Source: Chthonomonadaceae bacterium (GTDB taxonomy: Bacteria; Armatimonadota; Chthonomonadetes; Chthonomonadales; Chthonomonadaceae). From it: 44,990 nt of DNA. Under the pieces are notes generated by a model, which worked only from the letters and a program-made list of their open reading frames with translations, did not search any database and was not told where the DNA came from. A program made the position numbers and the translations under genes. Positions 9,689-18,550 of this stretch are shown in pieces; position 1 is the stretch's first letter, and the number at the start of each line of letters is the position of its first letter. The stretch lies in NCBI GenBank assembly GCA_027450145.1, contig DAIDKH010000035.1, positions 1-44,990 of the forward strand, written 5' to 3'.

Positions 9689-10033
9689 ATGTCGGGTATG
9701 AAGCACGCGCCAGAGGCAGATATCGAAGAACTTCGAAACCTGCTGAACGAGCAGTACGTTGCGTCCAGTGTCTTAAAGGAGCTAATTCAGAACGCTGATG
9801 ACTCTAAGGCGGTCGTATTGGCAGATTGGCAGCTATTAAAGCAACTAAATAATGCCACACTACCCCGCTACCCAACCGGTGTTGGTACCTCCGCGCCAGT
9901 TGAACCGCCAATTGCGCCAGGCATACTCGTGGCGCAGGCACAACGAGAACTCGAGGATTACCTGCGAAGTGTCGACCACCGGTTTTTCCATCCAGAAGTT
10001 GAGCCGTTGGCTCTGTTGTGGCCACCAGACTAA
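9689..10033 (+). CDS. Small hypothetical protein (114 aa) with a GHKL/sacsin-like 'ELIQNADD' N-box motif, possibly a remnant
   Basis: A good AAAGGAG Shine-Dalgarno sits 8 nt upstream of the ATG. The motif LKELIQNADDSKAVVL resembles GHKL ATPase motif I, but no ATP-lid glycines follow. Confidence 0.35.
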   Translation: MSGMKHAPEADIEELRNLLNEQYVASSVLKELIQNADDSKAVVLADWQLLKQLNNATLPRYPTGVGTSAPVEPPIAPGILVAQAQRELEDYLRSVDHRFFHPEVEPLALLWPPD

Positions 10034-10168
10034 CTGTGCCGGCTACCAAAGAGAGTGCCGCGCCTGCATCTTTTTCGTCTTAAAGTGGTGCAACCTGCGC
10101 TCCAGTACCTACGTCTACACACTAGACAGGGTATTAGTATGTGGTTATAAGCTTGTTAATGGGGCTCA

Positions 10169-10954
10169 ATGCACACCCAGGTAGAGGAGGAACCCCTGTT
10201 GCTGGCATCGCTATTACAATGGCAAACACTCATTTATCTGGTTCCGTTTGGCATTGCCGCACTCATGTTGGTGCTTAGCGCAGTGCGCCCGCGTCATGGC
10301 AGCGGCCATAGCACACACGGCCTAACTCATCACCATGCGGCTGCTACCGGTACGGGTCATACTGCACACGGTGCGCATGCACGACATAGCACAGCAGCGG
10401 CAAAATCACAGAATGGCGGCACTACTACAAAGACGCACGCCAGAGCCTCAAAACCAGCAGAACGGAATCCAATCACCGCTGGCAGCACTCTGCTGCACAT
10501 ACTTGGGTTCGATGAGGTACCGATGGTCATCCTTATCGAAAGCTTTTTCCTTGCTTGGGGTGTGGGGGGCCTCCTCGCCAACCAGTACATTGGAGTGGCC
10601 CCCGACGGAAATCGCTCTATTTACATCTCACTGATTAGCGCCTTTGCCGCAGGAACGATTGGTACAGTTTTCGCAGGTCAAGCGCTTAGTCGCCTATTAC
10701 CGCGCGATGAAAACCTAGCAATAGAACGCAATAGTCTTTTTGGTGCAACGGGTGAAGTGGCCTATACTGTTACTAACAGCGGTGGGAGAATATTGGTGTA
10801 CGACCAGTACGGCACACTTCACGACGAAATGTGCACACTCGCCGCAGGGCATCAGCCGATTGCCAAAGGACAACGAGCACGCATATCGGATATTGATTCA
10901 AAAGGACGGTTGGTTGTTGAGCCTGAAAACCTCGACTTGACGAAGTTGTTGTGA
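10169..10954 (+). CDS. NfeD-like membrane protein (YqiJ/YuaF family), partner of flotillin
   Basis: N-terminal TM helices and a C-terminal OB-fold-like soluble domain sit directly upstream of an SPFH/flotillin gene. It contains a His-rich linker (HGSGHSTHGLTHHHAAATGTGHTAHGAHARH). An alternative TTG start at about 10199 has a GAGGAGG Shine-Dalgarno. Confidence 0.6.
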   Translation: MHTQVEEEPLLLASLLQWQTLIYLVPFGIAALMLVLSAVRPRHGSGHSTHGLTHHHAAATGTGHTAHGAHARHSTAAAKSQNGGTTTKTHARASKPAERNPITAGSTLLHILGFDEVPMVILIESFFLAWGVGGLLANQYIGVAPDGNRSIYISLISAFAAGTIGTVFAGQALSRLLPRDENLAIERNSLFGATGEVAYTVTNSGGRILVYDQYGTLHDEMCTLAAGHQPIAKGQRARISDIDSKGRLVVEPENLDLTKLL

Positions 10955-10969
10955 AAGGAGCCTCTTAAA

Positions 10970-12982
10970 ATGGGCATTGGACTACTGCTTGAAGTTATTG
11001 GAATTGCTCTGGCTCTCGCGGGTGCATTAGGCCACCAATTGGGACTTCCTTTAAGTGGCTTGTCGGGTGCGGTGCTTTCCCTTTTAGGAATTATCGTGAT
11101 GATTGCAGGCGTCGCCGTCGTCTTGCTCTCCTTCTACAGGCGAACCAGCGCTGATATTGCGTTTGTTCGCACTGGGCAAGGCGGAAGCCATGTGGTACTA
11201 GATGGCGGTATTCGTGTCATACCGTTTCTGCACAACCTGCTTGAAGTAAACTTACGAACCATGAAACTAGGCGTTAATCCCCGTGGTCAAAATGCCTTGA
11301 TCACGCATGATAATTTGCGAGCCAATGTGCTGGCGCAGTTTTACATACGAGTACAGGCAGACCACGAACACATTCTTAATGCAGCCCGCTCGTTGGGCCA
11401 GAACAGCGTCAATGCCGAAACTGTCGAGGCACTGGTAAGCGAGAAATTAGTATCAGCTCTTCGTGCAATTGCATCGCAAATGGATCTATTTGAGATACAT
11501 ACCAAACGTGATGAGTTTGCGGAAAGGGTGAAGGAACACGTAAAAGTAGACCTGGAATCCAACGGATTATTACTTGAATCTGTTACGATTTCGGAACTTG
11601 ACCAGACCGACCCGTCAGAACTTAGCGACGACAACGTATTCGACGCCCAGGGCAAACGTAAGATCACCGAAATCACCGCTGCGGCAGCGGTAGAGCGCAA
11701 CAACCTGGAGCGCGAAGCAGAGCAGGCCAGGAAGCTAAAGGACGTACAGACGCGCCAGCAGATCCTAACACTTGAACAACAGCAGGCTGAAGCTGAACAG
11801 CAGCAGCAGACAGAAATAGCCAAAATCAAGGCACAACTGGACCGTGAAACTCAGGAAGCTCAGATTAATCAGCAGCGGTCAATTGAGCTCGCAAAAATTG
11901 ATAGAGACAGGCAGCTTCAGGAACAGGATATCGTCCGGCAACAGGCTGTTGAGATTGCCCGGGCAACCCAAGAAAAAGCAGTTCAAGCTGCACAGATTGC
12001 CAAAGAGCAGGAAATTCAGATGGCGACAGTCGACAGGGAGAAGAGTGTCGAGCTGGCTAATCGCCTTAAACAGATCGCCATTGCTGAACAAGATGCCGCC
12101 CGTATAAAGGCAGAGGAGGCAGCGCTTTTGGCCGCAGCTGAGAAGGAGAAAGCCAACCAGCAAGTGCAAACTGTTCAGCAGCTCGCTGAGGCCGAACGAG
12201 ACGCCAAAAAGCTCTTGATCGCCGCACAGCAGCAGATTGAGCAGGATAAGCTGAAGCAACAGACTATTGCCGACGTAGACGCCTACTCACGCGTTAAACA
12301 GGCAGAGGCCGAACAGGAATCAGCCCAGAAACAGGCCGAAGCCAAACGTCAGCTGGCCGAGGCGGAGGCGCAGGCTCGCGAAATGGTGGCACGCGGTGAG
12401 AAGGCGCAGCAGATGGTGGCGGTTGACGTCGCTCGCGAACAGGTTAACGTGGAACAGGCCAAGGTGGATGTAGAACGGAAGCAATTGGAGAACCGTCAGG
12501 AGTTCGCGGAGGCAGGTATTCAGCTGGAGGTCCGTAAACTCTCCATACAAGCCAATAGGGACGTTCAGATGGAATTCGCGCGAGCGATGGCAAGCTTCCT
12601 GGCGAACGGTCACATGACTCTCTACGGCACTCCAGAGACTGCCAATAGCATGATGGACAATATGGCCAAGGGCTTCGGCTTCCGGTCGCTTATAGAAGGT
12701 TTCATGAACGGAGACGACAGTTCCGGCAGTGCAGGACTTGCTGGCCTCACTTCACAGCTGGGCGGATTGCTAAAACCCGCGCTTGCGAAGCTTGGAGGCG
12801 ACAGTGGCGCAGTAGATACCGGCCAGCTAGCAGAGAAGCTCGCCCGTGATCCAGCGTTTCTTAACGCGCTGAACAGTGCAGCCTCACGCCACATCCCCGA
12901 TACCGAAGCGGTGGTCACCACAGCCAAGTCGGTAGAACCATCTTCGCGTAGTACAAGAGACAGCAGTTCTAACCACGTGTAG
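10970..12982 (+). CDS. Flotillin-like SPFH (band-7) domain protein, YqiK/FloT family
   Basis: An N-terminal membrane hairpin is followed by SPFH core motifs, then a long Ala/Glu/Gln-rich coiled coil (EA repeats) typical of bacterial flotillins. Confidence 0.8.
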   Translation: MGIGLLLEVIGIALALAGALGHQLGLPLSGLSGAVLSLLGIIVMIAGVAVVLLSFYRRTSADIAFVRTGQGGSHVVLDGGIRVIPFLHNLLEVNLRTMKLGVNPRGQNALITHDNLRANVLAQFYIRVQADHEHILNAARSLGQNSVNAETVEALVSEKLVSALRAIASQMDLFEIHTKRDEFAERVKEHVKVDLESNGLLLESVTISELDQTDPSELSDDNVFDAQGKRKITEITAAAAVERNNLEREAEQARKLKDVQTRQQILTLEQQQAEAEQQQQTEIAKIKAQLDRETQEAQINQQRSIELAKIDRDRQLQEQDIVRQQAVEIARATQEKAVQAAQIAKEQEIQMATVDREKSVELANRLKQIAIAEQDAARIKAEEAALLAAAEKEKANQQVQTVQQLAEAERDAKKLLIAAQQQIEQDKLKQQTIADVDAYSRVKQAEAEQESAQKQAEAKRQLAEAEAQAREMVARGEKAQQMVAVDVAREQVNVEQAKVDVERKQLENRQEFAEAGIQLEVRKLSIQANRDVQMEFARAMASFLANGHMTLYGTPETANSMMDNMAKGFGFRSLIEGFMNGDDSSGSAGLAGLTSQLGGLLKPALAKLGGDSGAVDTGQLAEKLARDPAFLNALNSAASRHIPDTEAVVTTAKSVEPSSRSTRDSSSNHV

Positions 12983-13659
12983 TGCAACTAGCGCGCCTGC
13001 GGTGCAGCTAACAGGCTGCACCGTGGGTGCCGACTGCATCTAGTCAGTTGGCAACCGGTGCCATGCGGAGTGTTCAGTTCACCAGTGGACCACCCCAAAC
13101 ACCGATTCCGAGTGCGATTTCTAGATTAATGCAACAGTCCTGATGATTAGCTGAATGTAACACTCACTAAGGTGGATTACCCAGGCTTGCAACCGATACC
13201 TGCGCCCGGTTGGATCAAAATACCGCTTTGCGCCCTCATTCGCCTGTCGCCCATGATAGGCACACACCAGGAGAAGTCTTCCTCATCACTGCACTGCATT
13301 GATACGCCTAACTTCACGGATAGCCGCAAGCAAGTGTTCAATGACCGTCTCTGGGTACCTGAATCGCGTGACTATCTCGCGTGCTATACGGGGCCAAAGG
13401 TTTTGGCCGAATCGGGTCGCGTAACGCCGCGAGTCTTTATTACTGCAACAAGTCTGCTGGTTATCCGCCGTTTGGCATCGCTCCCGCCTACCAACTCTGA
13501 TGGTGTAACCTACGCGTCTGGTAACTGGATAGGCTTCGGGCCGAGGCGCACGGTGCCAGAGTGCTTTACGACCAGATTTACCAAGTGGTATAAACCGATA
13601 AACGGACGCCAACCCGGGACATCCTCTACGCAATTCCTTGAAATGAGGACGACCGCGCC

Positions 13660-13721
13660 CAAAACCATAACAAATCACTAACAGAGGTGGCTGCTGGCAG
13701 CCAAATCTGCCAACAGCCACC
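13660..13721 (-). terminator. Rho-independent terminator for the DUF1559 gene at 13797..14654
   Basis: A 15-bp stem GGTGGCTGCTGGCAG / CTGCCAACAGCCACC with one mismatch and loop CCAAAT is followed on the minus strand by TTTGTTATGGTTTT. Confidence 0.55.
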
Positions 13722-13796
13722 CTTAGAGCATGTTTCTATTCCGAATCGCCTACCGCAACCCGCGGGCAGAGCGTGCCAAGTCACCGCGTCGCCTAA

Positions 13797-14654
13797 CTAA
13801 TCACCAATTCGCTGTTCGCCAGAGGTGTTGCACGACCCGGCAACATCCCATGCCCAAGTGGGCCCGTCACAACCAGATAGATAGCCCTTTGGAGGGTTAG
13901 GTCCTAACCCTGGAATAAATTTCACGTGTCCATCCGCGTATTCGATTGTATCACCGCCAGGGTGGAATACATGGTCATCGTCGGAGTCATATGGCGCATT
14001 CCAACAGCGCATTACACGTGTCTCTGCTGGACGCGCGAAGAATGAGAGCGTCAACGCGGCAGGCGCCCGACCAGTACAGCTGTCACCAGGTGCAGGTGTA
14101 TAGTTGTAGCCGTTAATTACACCACCACCGCCGCACAGGTGCGTATCACTGTTATGCGGAAACCCAGTGAGCTTGTTGTAAGGAGCGTCGGGCATAGAGA
14201 AGTTCTCGTGCGTAAACTTATAACTGGTACCGTAGACATCTGAGAACGATTTGCCGCTAATCTGTGAAAGCTGTCCGGCTGTTAAGACCACTGGCGGTAC
14301 ATCGGGGTTTGCACCGGTAAGCTCAAATCCTGTATCATCTGGACAGTGAAACACCCCCTGGTTCTTTACATAGGGCATAATCTCCGCCGGCACACCTGCC
14401 ATCTGCTTCCCGCTAAGGTTAGATGTAAGGGGTCCTATCATGTACTGCGGTGCGTAGGCAATTGGCTGAGTTTCGTCATAATCCTCGTCGTACATCAGGA
14501 TACCGAGGCCGAACTGCTTTAGATTGGAAGTACAGGTGGCAACGCGCGCCTTCTCTCGGGCCTGCGCGAACACGGGAAACAGTATCGCCGCTAAAATTGC
14601 AATAATTGCAATAACTACCAACAGTTCAATAAGCGTGAATGCGTGCTTTTTCAA
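13797..14654 (-). CDS. DUF1559 family protein with prepilin-type N-terminal cleavage/methylation domain
   Basis: The N-terminus [25 protein letters not shown] is prepilin-like, followed by [18 protein letters not shown] and a C-terminal [11 protein letters not shown] (H-x-DG) motif. Confidence 0.8.
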   Translation of the reverse strand: MKKHAFTLIELLVVIAIIAILAAILFPVFAQAREKARVATCTSNLKQFGLGILMYDEDYDETQPIAYAPQYMIGPLTSNLSGKQMAGVPAEIMPYVKNQGVFHCPDDTGFELTGANPDVPPVVLTAGQLSQISGKSFSDVYGTSYKFTHENFSMPDAPYNKLTGFPHNSDTHLCGGGGVINGYNYTPAPGDSCTGRAPAALTLSFFARPAETRVMRCWNAPYDSDDDHVFHPGGDTIEYADGHVKFIPGLGPNPPKGYLSGCDGPTWAWDVAGSCNTSGEQRIGD

Positions 14655-14837
14655 GTCTTACGGTAGCTCCTTTAGATTTATTACTGCAATAGTTTACAAT
14701 ATATAAATTAACACAGCATTAAGAAATAGAGTGCTTTGTGAATACGACGAAAAACGCAAACAGTATGTGAATACGATACCGGGCGAGGCAATTGCTCGAC
14801 CGATTCATCGGATGGGGTTCAACCTAACCGCCTTTGC

Positions 14838-15602
14838 CTATTCTCTCGGAGGGTCAGAAGGATGTTCGTTTGGCCTTCCGCCATTCCAGTTATAAATTGC
14901 CCCGCCAATTCGGCCATACATCTGGTCGTGCGGACCGTCGCTTTTACTGTAGTGCACAACTCGTACGGAAACCGCGTGCCCATCAGCTGCAACCAGTGCA
15001 AACCGATGATTGTGTGTAGAAGGGTACGGAACCAGACCACGAACCCGGGACTCGGTGTCTGTATATTCGAAGCTGCCCTGATTTCCTTTGAAAAGCGGAG
15101 GCTGTTTTCCACGTCCAGTGTTTGCTGCCATACAACCTGCCTCAACCAGCATCGCCGTTTGGGCAGGTAGTTCGAGGTTATAAAGGGGAAATGGACCTCG
15201 CGCAAACGTGTTTTGAAACCGCGAATTGAGTGCATAATCGGCGCGAACACGACATCCCGTCGAAGGATCCGTTAGTCGATCGCGGTGCACTGACGCTGGA
15301 TTGTGAAGGACCCACTCTTCCTGACAATACCCACGAATTCTTTGGGTCCAGTCTATGCACGAGGGAATTGAGACAGGTACCGGTAGATCTCCGTCGTAAT
15401 CCTGCGAATAGAGTTGCAGGCCATAAGCCAGCCGATGAAGATGTGAAATGCTGGCTATTCTGTCGTCATTGTCTCGGCGCCAGGCAAGAAGAGTAGGCGC
15501 AGCCAAAACAGCGACGGCAAGAGCAAATATCGCCGTACCTATCACAACGCGAACCGAATGGCCGGCCGGGGTGCCCACCGTAATTGCACCAGGCTCGCTC
15601 AT
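14838..15602 (-). CDS. DUF1559-like protein lacking the canonical prepilin motif (single TM anchor instead)
   Basis: ISHLHRLAYGLQLYSQDYDGDLP and VAADGHAVSV (H-x-DG) resemble the DUF1559 core. The N-terminus has a hydrophobic helix VVIGTAIFALAVAVLAAPTLL but no G-F-T-L-x-E prepilin cleavage motif. Confidence 0.55.
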   Translation of the reverse strand: MSEPGAITVGTPAGHSVRVVIGTAIFALAVAVLAAPTLLAWRRDNDDRIASISHLHRLAYGLQLYSQDYDGDLPVPVSIPSCIDWTQRIRGYCQEEWVLHNPASVHRDRLTDPSTGCRVRADYALNSRFQNTFARGPFPLYNLELPAQTAMLVEAGCMAANTGRGKQPPLFKGNQGSFEYTDTESRVRGLVPYPSTHNHRFALVAADGHAVSVRVVHYSKSDGPHDQMYGRIGGAIYNWNGGRPNEHPSDPPRE

Positions 15603-16828
15603 TGGGGCACGCCAAACTCCATCTGTCGGCGTTGATCAACCTGCACGATGGCTGCACCGATCTCGTTGGCAAGCCCTTTTATGGTTAGGTTAGCCGCATC
15701 GGCATCCGCTTTATCAGCCAGAGTGATACCACGTGCCAGTACTTTACCGGCCTCAGTATCCGCACGCACCTCGTATGGCGCAAGGTCGCGGTCTACCAGA
15801 TAGTCCAGGTTTTTGGCGGTAGTCTCTGCACGTTGAGCTGCAGTTTGACCACCTGCCGAAACCATGTCACAAATCACTATCTCTTTTATGGAAATCTGAG
15901 CGGCCGATTGTCCGTTCAACGTGATAGGCTTAACCTGAGCTTGCCAGGTGGGATCTACCTGGCTGATTCTAATGGGTAGATCTAACTGCTTTATCACAGC
16001 CAGCGCCGCCCGTATGCGTTGTGGAGTTGGCGGGTGGTCCCTGTAGATCCCAAGGTTCGTATCTCCATGATCCCTTTCATAGGCTGCCAGCCTAACCATA
16101 AAGGTGTACATAGCAACAGGATTGTACGGCGTGTGGGTCAACAGCATCATACCTGTGTGGTCAGCATCCTCTTCAGCCTTCACGCTATAGCCATTTATTC
16201 TGGCAATGTTGTACAGCTCAGAGCCCTGCAATACTTCAAATCCCGCGCTGGGCAGGTCATTGTTGCCTCGGCTTAAGATCATGGCGAGTGCTGCAATCTG
16301 GATTGGTGTAAGAATAGCCTGCGCCTTCTTCTGCTCGCGCATCAGGGTAATCACATGGTGATGGTCAGCATGGCCAATTTCGTGAGCGAGTACCGCAGCA
16401 AGCTCATCGTCGGAATGGACGAACTTTAGAAGGCCTGTGTTTACATAAATAAAACCGCCCGGCAGTGAAAATGCATTCACATCGGGGTTTTCAACCACAT
16501 GGAATGTGTAGTGAAAAGGTTTTAGAAGAGACGAACCAAACAGAGCAGGTATAGGGTATTTGTCAGCGGCAGCTGCAATTACCTGGCCAATTTTGTTTAC
16601 ACGCTCCCACAAGGGACCGCTCGTAATGACTTTCGCCTGCTTCGCTTCTTCCGCGGCCGCCTTTTCACCGATGATGACCTCAGGATCATTCTTCAGAGAG
16701 TAACCGGGTGCAACCTCTGTAGCGGCATTAGGAGCAGGTGGAGCTCCAGAAGCCGGAATTGAGCAAACACTCGTGCCCAACATCGCGCCGATGATAGTTA
16801 CTGCGTACCCAATATCCTTTAGGTTCAA
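15599..16828 (-). CDS. M48 family zinc metallopeptidase with a ~180-aa C-terminal extension of unknown function
   Basis: The HExxH motif is LAHEIGHADHHH, with NAFSLPGGFIYV upstream. A signal peptide is present. The probable TTG start at 16828 (MNLKDIGYAVTIIGAMLG) is preceded by AAGGAA. The longer ORF to 16924 would overlap the upstream gene. Confidence 0.65.
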   Translation of the reverse strand: MNLKDIGYAVTIIGAMLGTSVCSIPASGAPPAPNAATEVAPGYSLKNDPEVIIGEKAAAEEAKQAKVITSGPLWERVNKIGQVIAAAADKYPIPALFGSSLLKPFHYTFHVVENPDVNAFSLPGGFIYVNTGLLKFVHSDDELAAVLAHEIGHADHHHVITLMREQKKAQAILTPIQIAALAMILSRGNNDLPSAGFEVLQGSELYNIARINGYSVKAEEDADHTGMMLLTHTPYNPVAMYTFMVRLAAYERDHGDTNLGIYRDHPPTPQRIRAALAVIKQLDLPIRISQVDPTWQAQVKPITLNGQSAAQISIKEIVICDMVSAGGQTAAQRAETTAKNLDYLVDRDLAPYEVRADTEAGKVLARGITLADKADADAANLTIKGLANEIGAAIVQVDQRRQMEFGVPQ

Positions 16829-16884
16829 TGGGAATTCCTTCTTGTCAACCGTCAATCTGCCCCAAACAAAGCGGCACGAGGAAG

Positions 16885-17376
16885 CTAAAGTGGCAAAAGC
16901 GACTCGTGTGTACCGTCCACCCATACGATTTCAGCATCCAGTAGAGTGCCCTCTAACAGGATGTTGATGCTCGTAAGGCCGGCTAACTCTGCCGATGAGC
17001 CATCGCCCTTGATGCCTAAAGACACCCACAAACCGTCTAGGGAGTCAACGCGCGAGCAGGTGACCACAATGCGACGCCCCATTGCAATCAACTCCACCGT
17101 GCAGGGAAACAACTCCTGCCGCTGCAATTGCCTCTCACCGGTAATCACTGTTACATAGCGGCTAAGTGTTGCCCGCACCATAGGACTCGACGGTGATGAC
17201 GCGTCAATGTTCAAGGAAAACCCGGCTAGATCCTCTGGCTGTACGGGTTGCTCATTTAGATAGACGCTGTAGGAGAGTGGATCCGTACTCTCGACGAATA
17301 GGTGTACGAGTCCACCGCCCATAATTCTTGCCACATCAGACGCAACATCCCGGGGAGCAGCACCATTGTTTTGCAT
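16885..17376 (-). CDS. Hypothetical protein (163 aa), no recognisable domain or signal peptide
   Basis: This is a clean ORF co-oriented with its neighbours, with no homology recognisable by eye. Confidence 0.4.
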   Translation of the reverse strand: MQNNGAAPRDVASDVARIMGGGLVHLFVESTDPLSYSVYLNEQPVQPEDLAGFSLNIDASSPSSPMVRATLSRYVTVITGERQLQRQELFPCTVELIAMGRRIVVTCSRVDSLDGLWVSLGIKGDGSSAELAGLTSINILLEGTLLDAEIVWVDGTHESLLPL

Positions 17377-17387
17377 ACTTTTCTGCC

Positions 17388-18068
17388 TCAGTAACGGGTG
17401 TATCTAATGCGCCTTCCGCCACCACCGCCACCAAACAGGCGGGCGAAAAACGCTAAAACGATAACAAACAGTATACCTGCCACAATTGTATGAAACCAGT
17501 TGAACCCGCCCGGCACGTAATAACCGTTCACATAAATTGGCGGGTTGTAATAGAACGCAGGATGGAATGGAGTGTAGTAATACCAGGAAGGCCGATTCCA
17601 GTAGTAGCTATAGTCGCTAAACCCACCGTAATATCGCGCCGGCGCCGATCTGCCGCCGTAAGTATAAGGAGCGTGTGAGTACGTATATGTCCGCCCGCTA
17701 CCAAATGAGCCAGAGCGACCGAAAGAACTCCCCGATCTGCCGCCAGACGACGAACTATATCCGCGATAACCGCCAAATGAGCCAGAGGAGCGAGGTGCCG
17801 AGCTTCCAAAACTCCTGTGTCCAAAGAAACTGCCGCCAGATGATCGGCTTCCACCGCCAAATGAACCGCCACGACCGAACGAACCTCCAGACCTGCTACC
17901 AAACGAACTACCAAAGCTGTGGCCGCCACCAAAGCTATGCCCACCGCCAAAGCTATGCCCGCCACCAAACGAACCGCGCGCGAATGCCGGAACTGACGCC
18001 AACGGTGCACTAAGGATCAAACAGGCCAGTGAAGTTACGAATAACAGTCGAACCCATATTGCTTTCAA
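17388..18068 (-). CDS. Secreted Gly/Ser/Phe/Tyr-rich low-complexity ('glycine-loop'-like) protein with Tyr-rich segment and C-terminal TM anchor
   Basis: A signal peptide MKAIWVRLLFVTSLACLILSAPLASVPAFA is followed by repeats GGGHSFGGGHSFGGGHSFGSSFGSRSGGSFGRGGSFGGG. A Tyr-rich block YYWNRPSWYYYTPFHPAFYYNPPIYVNGYY precedes a hydrophobic C-terminal helix and a basic tail. It uses a TTG start with a G-rich Shine-Dalgarno. Confidence 0.6.
   Translation of the reverse strand: MKAIWVRLLFVTSLACLILSAPLASVPAFARGSFGGGHSFGGGHSFGGGHSFGSSFGSRSGGSFGRGGSFGGGSRSSGGSFFGHRSFGSSAPRSSGSFGGYRGYSSSSGGRSGSSFGRSGSFGSGRTYTYSHAPYTYGGRSAPARYYGGFSDYSYYWNRPSWYYYTPFHPAFYYNPPIYVNGYYVPGGFNWFHTIVAGILFVIVLAFFARLFGGGGGGRRIRYTRY
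17926..17979. repeat. Three tandem copies of an 18-bp in-frame repeat encoding GGGHSF units
   Basis: The three copies are gccgccaccaaagctatg, cccaccgccaaagctatg and cccgccaccaaacgaacc. Confidence 0.6.
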
Positions 18069-18088
18069 TATGCTATCCCCCCTGCAAG

Positions 18089-18550
18089 CTATATAAACGA
18101 GATCGTTGCGACCTCATCTGCGCCCAGCCAATGAGGTCTGTAAATTGTGATGTATGCCTGTACCTGGTTTTGCTCTGCGTCGATGTCTACCACCGCCTCT
18201 ACAATACCATCGGTAACATCCCGACCATTGTAGAGCACAGTCGTCGCCTCAAACGCAAACCCCGGGTGTGTGTTCTCAATAATTAAATCATGGCCTGGGA
18301 AGATTATTTGCAGTCTCCCCGGAAAAATTCCTACCGGGCTGCCAGGATTATCCTGCGGATACACTTGGGCCGAGATGTCCCCACCCGCGCTGATACCACC
18401 CCGAACAGGCTCTCCATCCGCATCACGGCCTGCTTGTAATGAAACCTGAAGCTTTTCCGCAGGCCAATCCTGCCCGTTTAGGGTTAATGTCGTGGTGTCC
18501 CAATCACCACCTGTCTGAAAGGTCACGATATTCATCACGTGCAATCCCAC
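18089..18550 (-). CDS. Hypothetical protein (~150 aa)
   Basis: This ORF is co-oriented within the secreted-protein cluster. No domain was recognised, and the start is uncertain (an alternative Met lies 5 codons in). Confidence 0.4.
   Translation of the reverse strand: MGLHVMNIVTFQTGGDWDTTTLTLNGQDWPAEKLQVSLQAGRDADGEPVRGGISAGGDISAQVYPQDNPGSPVGIFPGRLQIIFPGHDLIIENTHPGFAFEATTVLYNGRDVTDGIVEAVVDIDAEQNQVQAYITIYRPHWLGADEVATISFI

Noticed and set aside
9804-10184. ORFs 9804..10049 (-) and 9852..10184 (+) overlapping the small 9689..10033 gene
   Set aside because: They are alternative frames of the same region without RBS or homology. The frame with the strong SD (9689) was preferred.
11341-12613. Several ORFs (60-160 aa) antisense within the flotillin coiled-coil region
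   Set aside because: They are artefacts of the repetitive GCN/GAR-rich coiled-coil coding sequence. The sense frame has strong SPFH/flotillin homology.
13520-13620. Possible RNase P RNA fragments (GGTGCCAG ... ACGACCAG ... AAACCG in order)
   Set aside because: The universally conserved GGAAAGUCCGGGCU (P4), GGUAAGAGCGCACC and ACAGAAxCCGGCUUA elements are absent on both strands, and the spacing is wrong. The match is treated as coincidental.
13172-13720. Overlapping ORFs of 169 aa (+) and 144 aa (-) in the gap after the flotillin gene
   Set aside because: The products are low-complexity and Arg-rich with no recognisable domains, RBS or signal logic. They are probably non-coding sequence.
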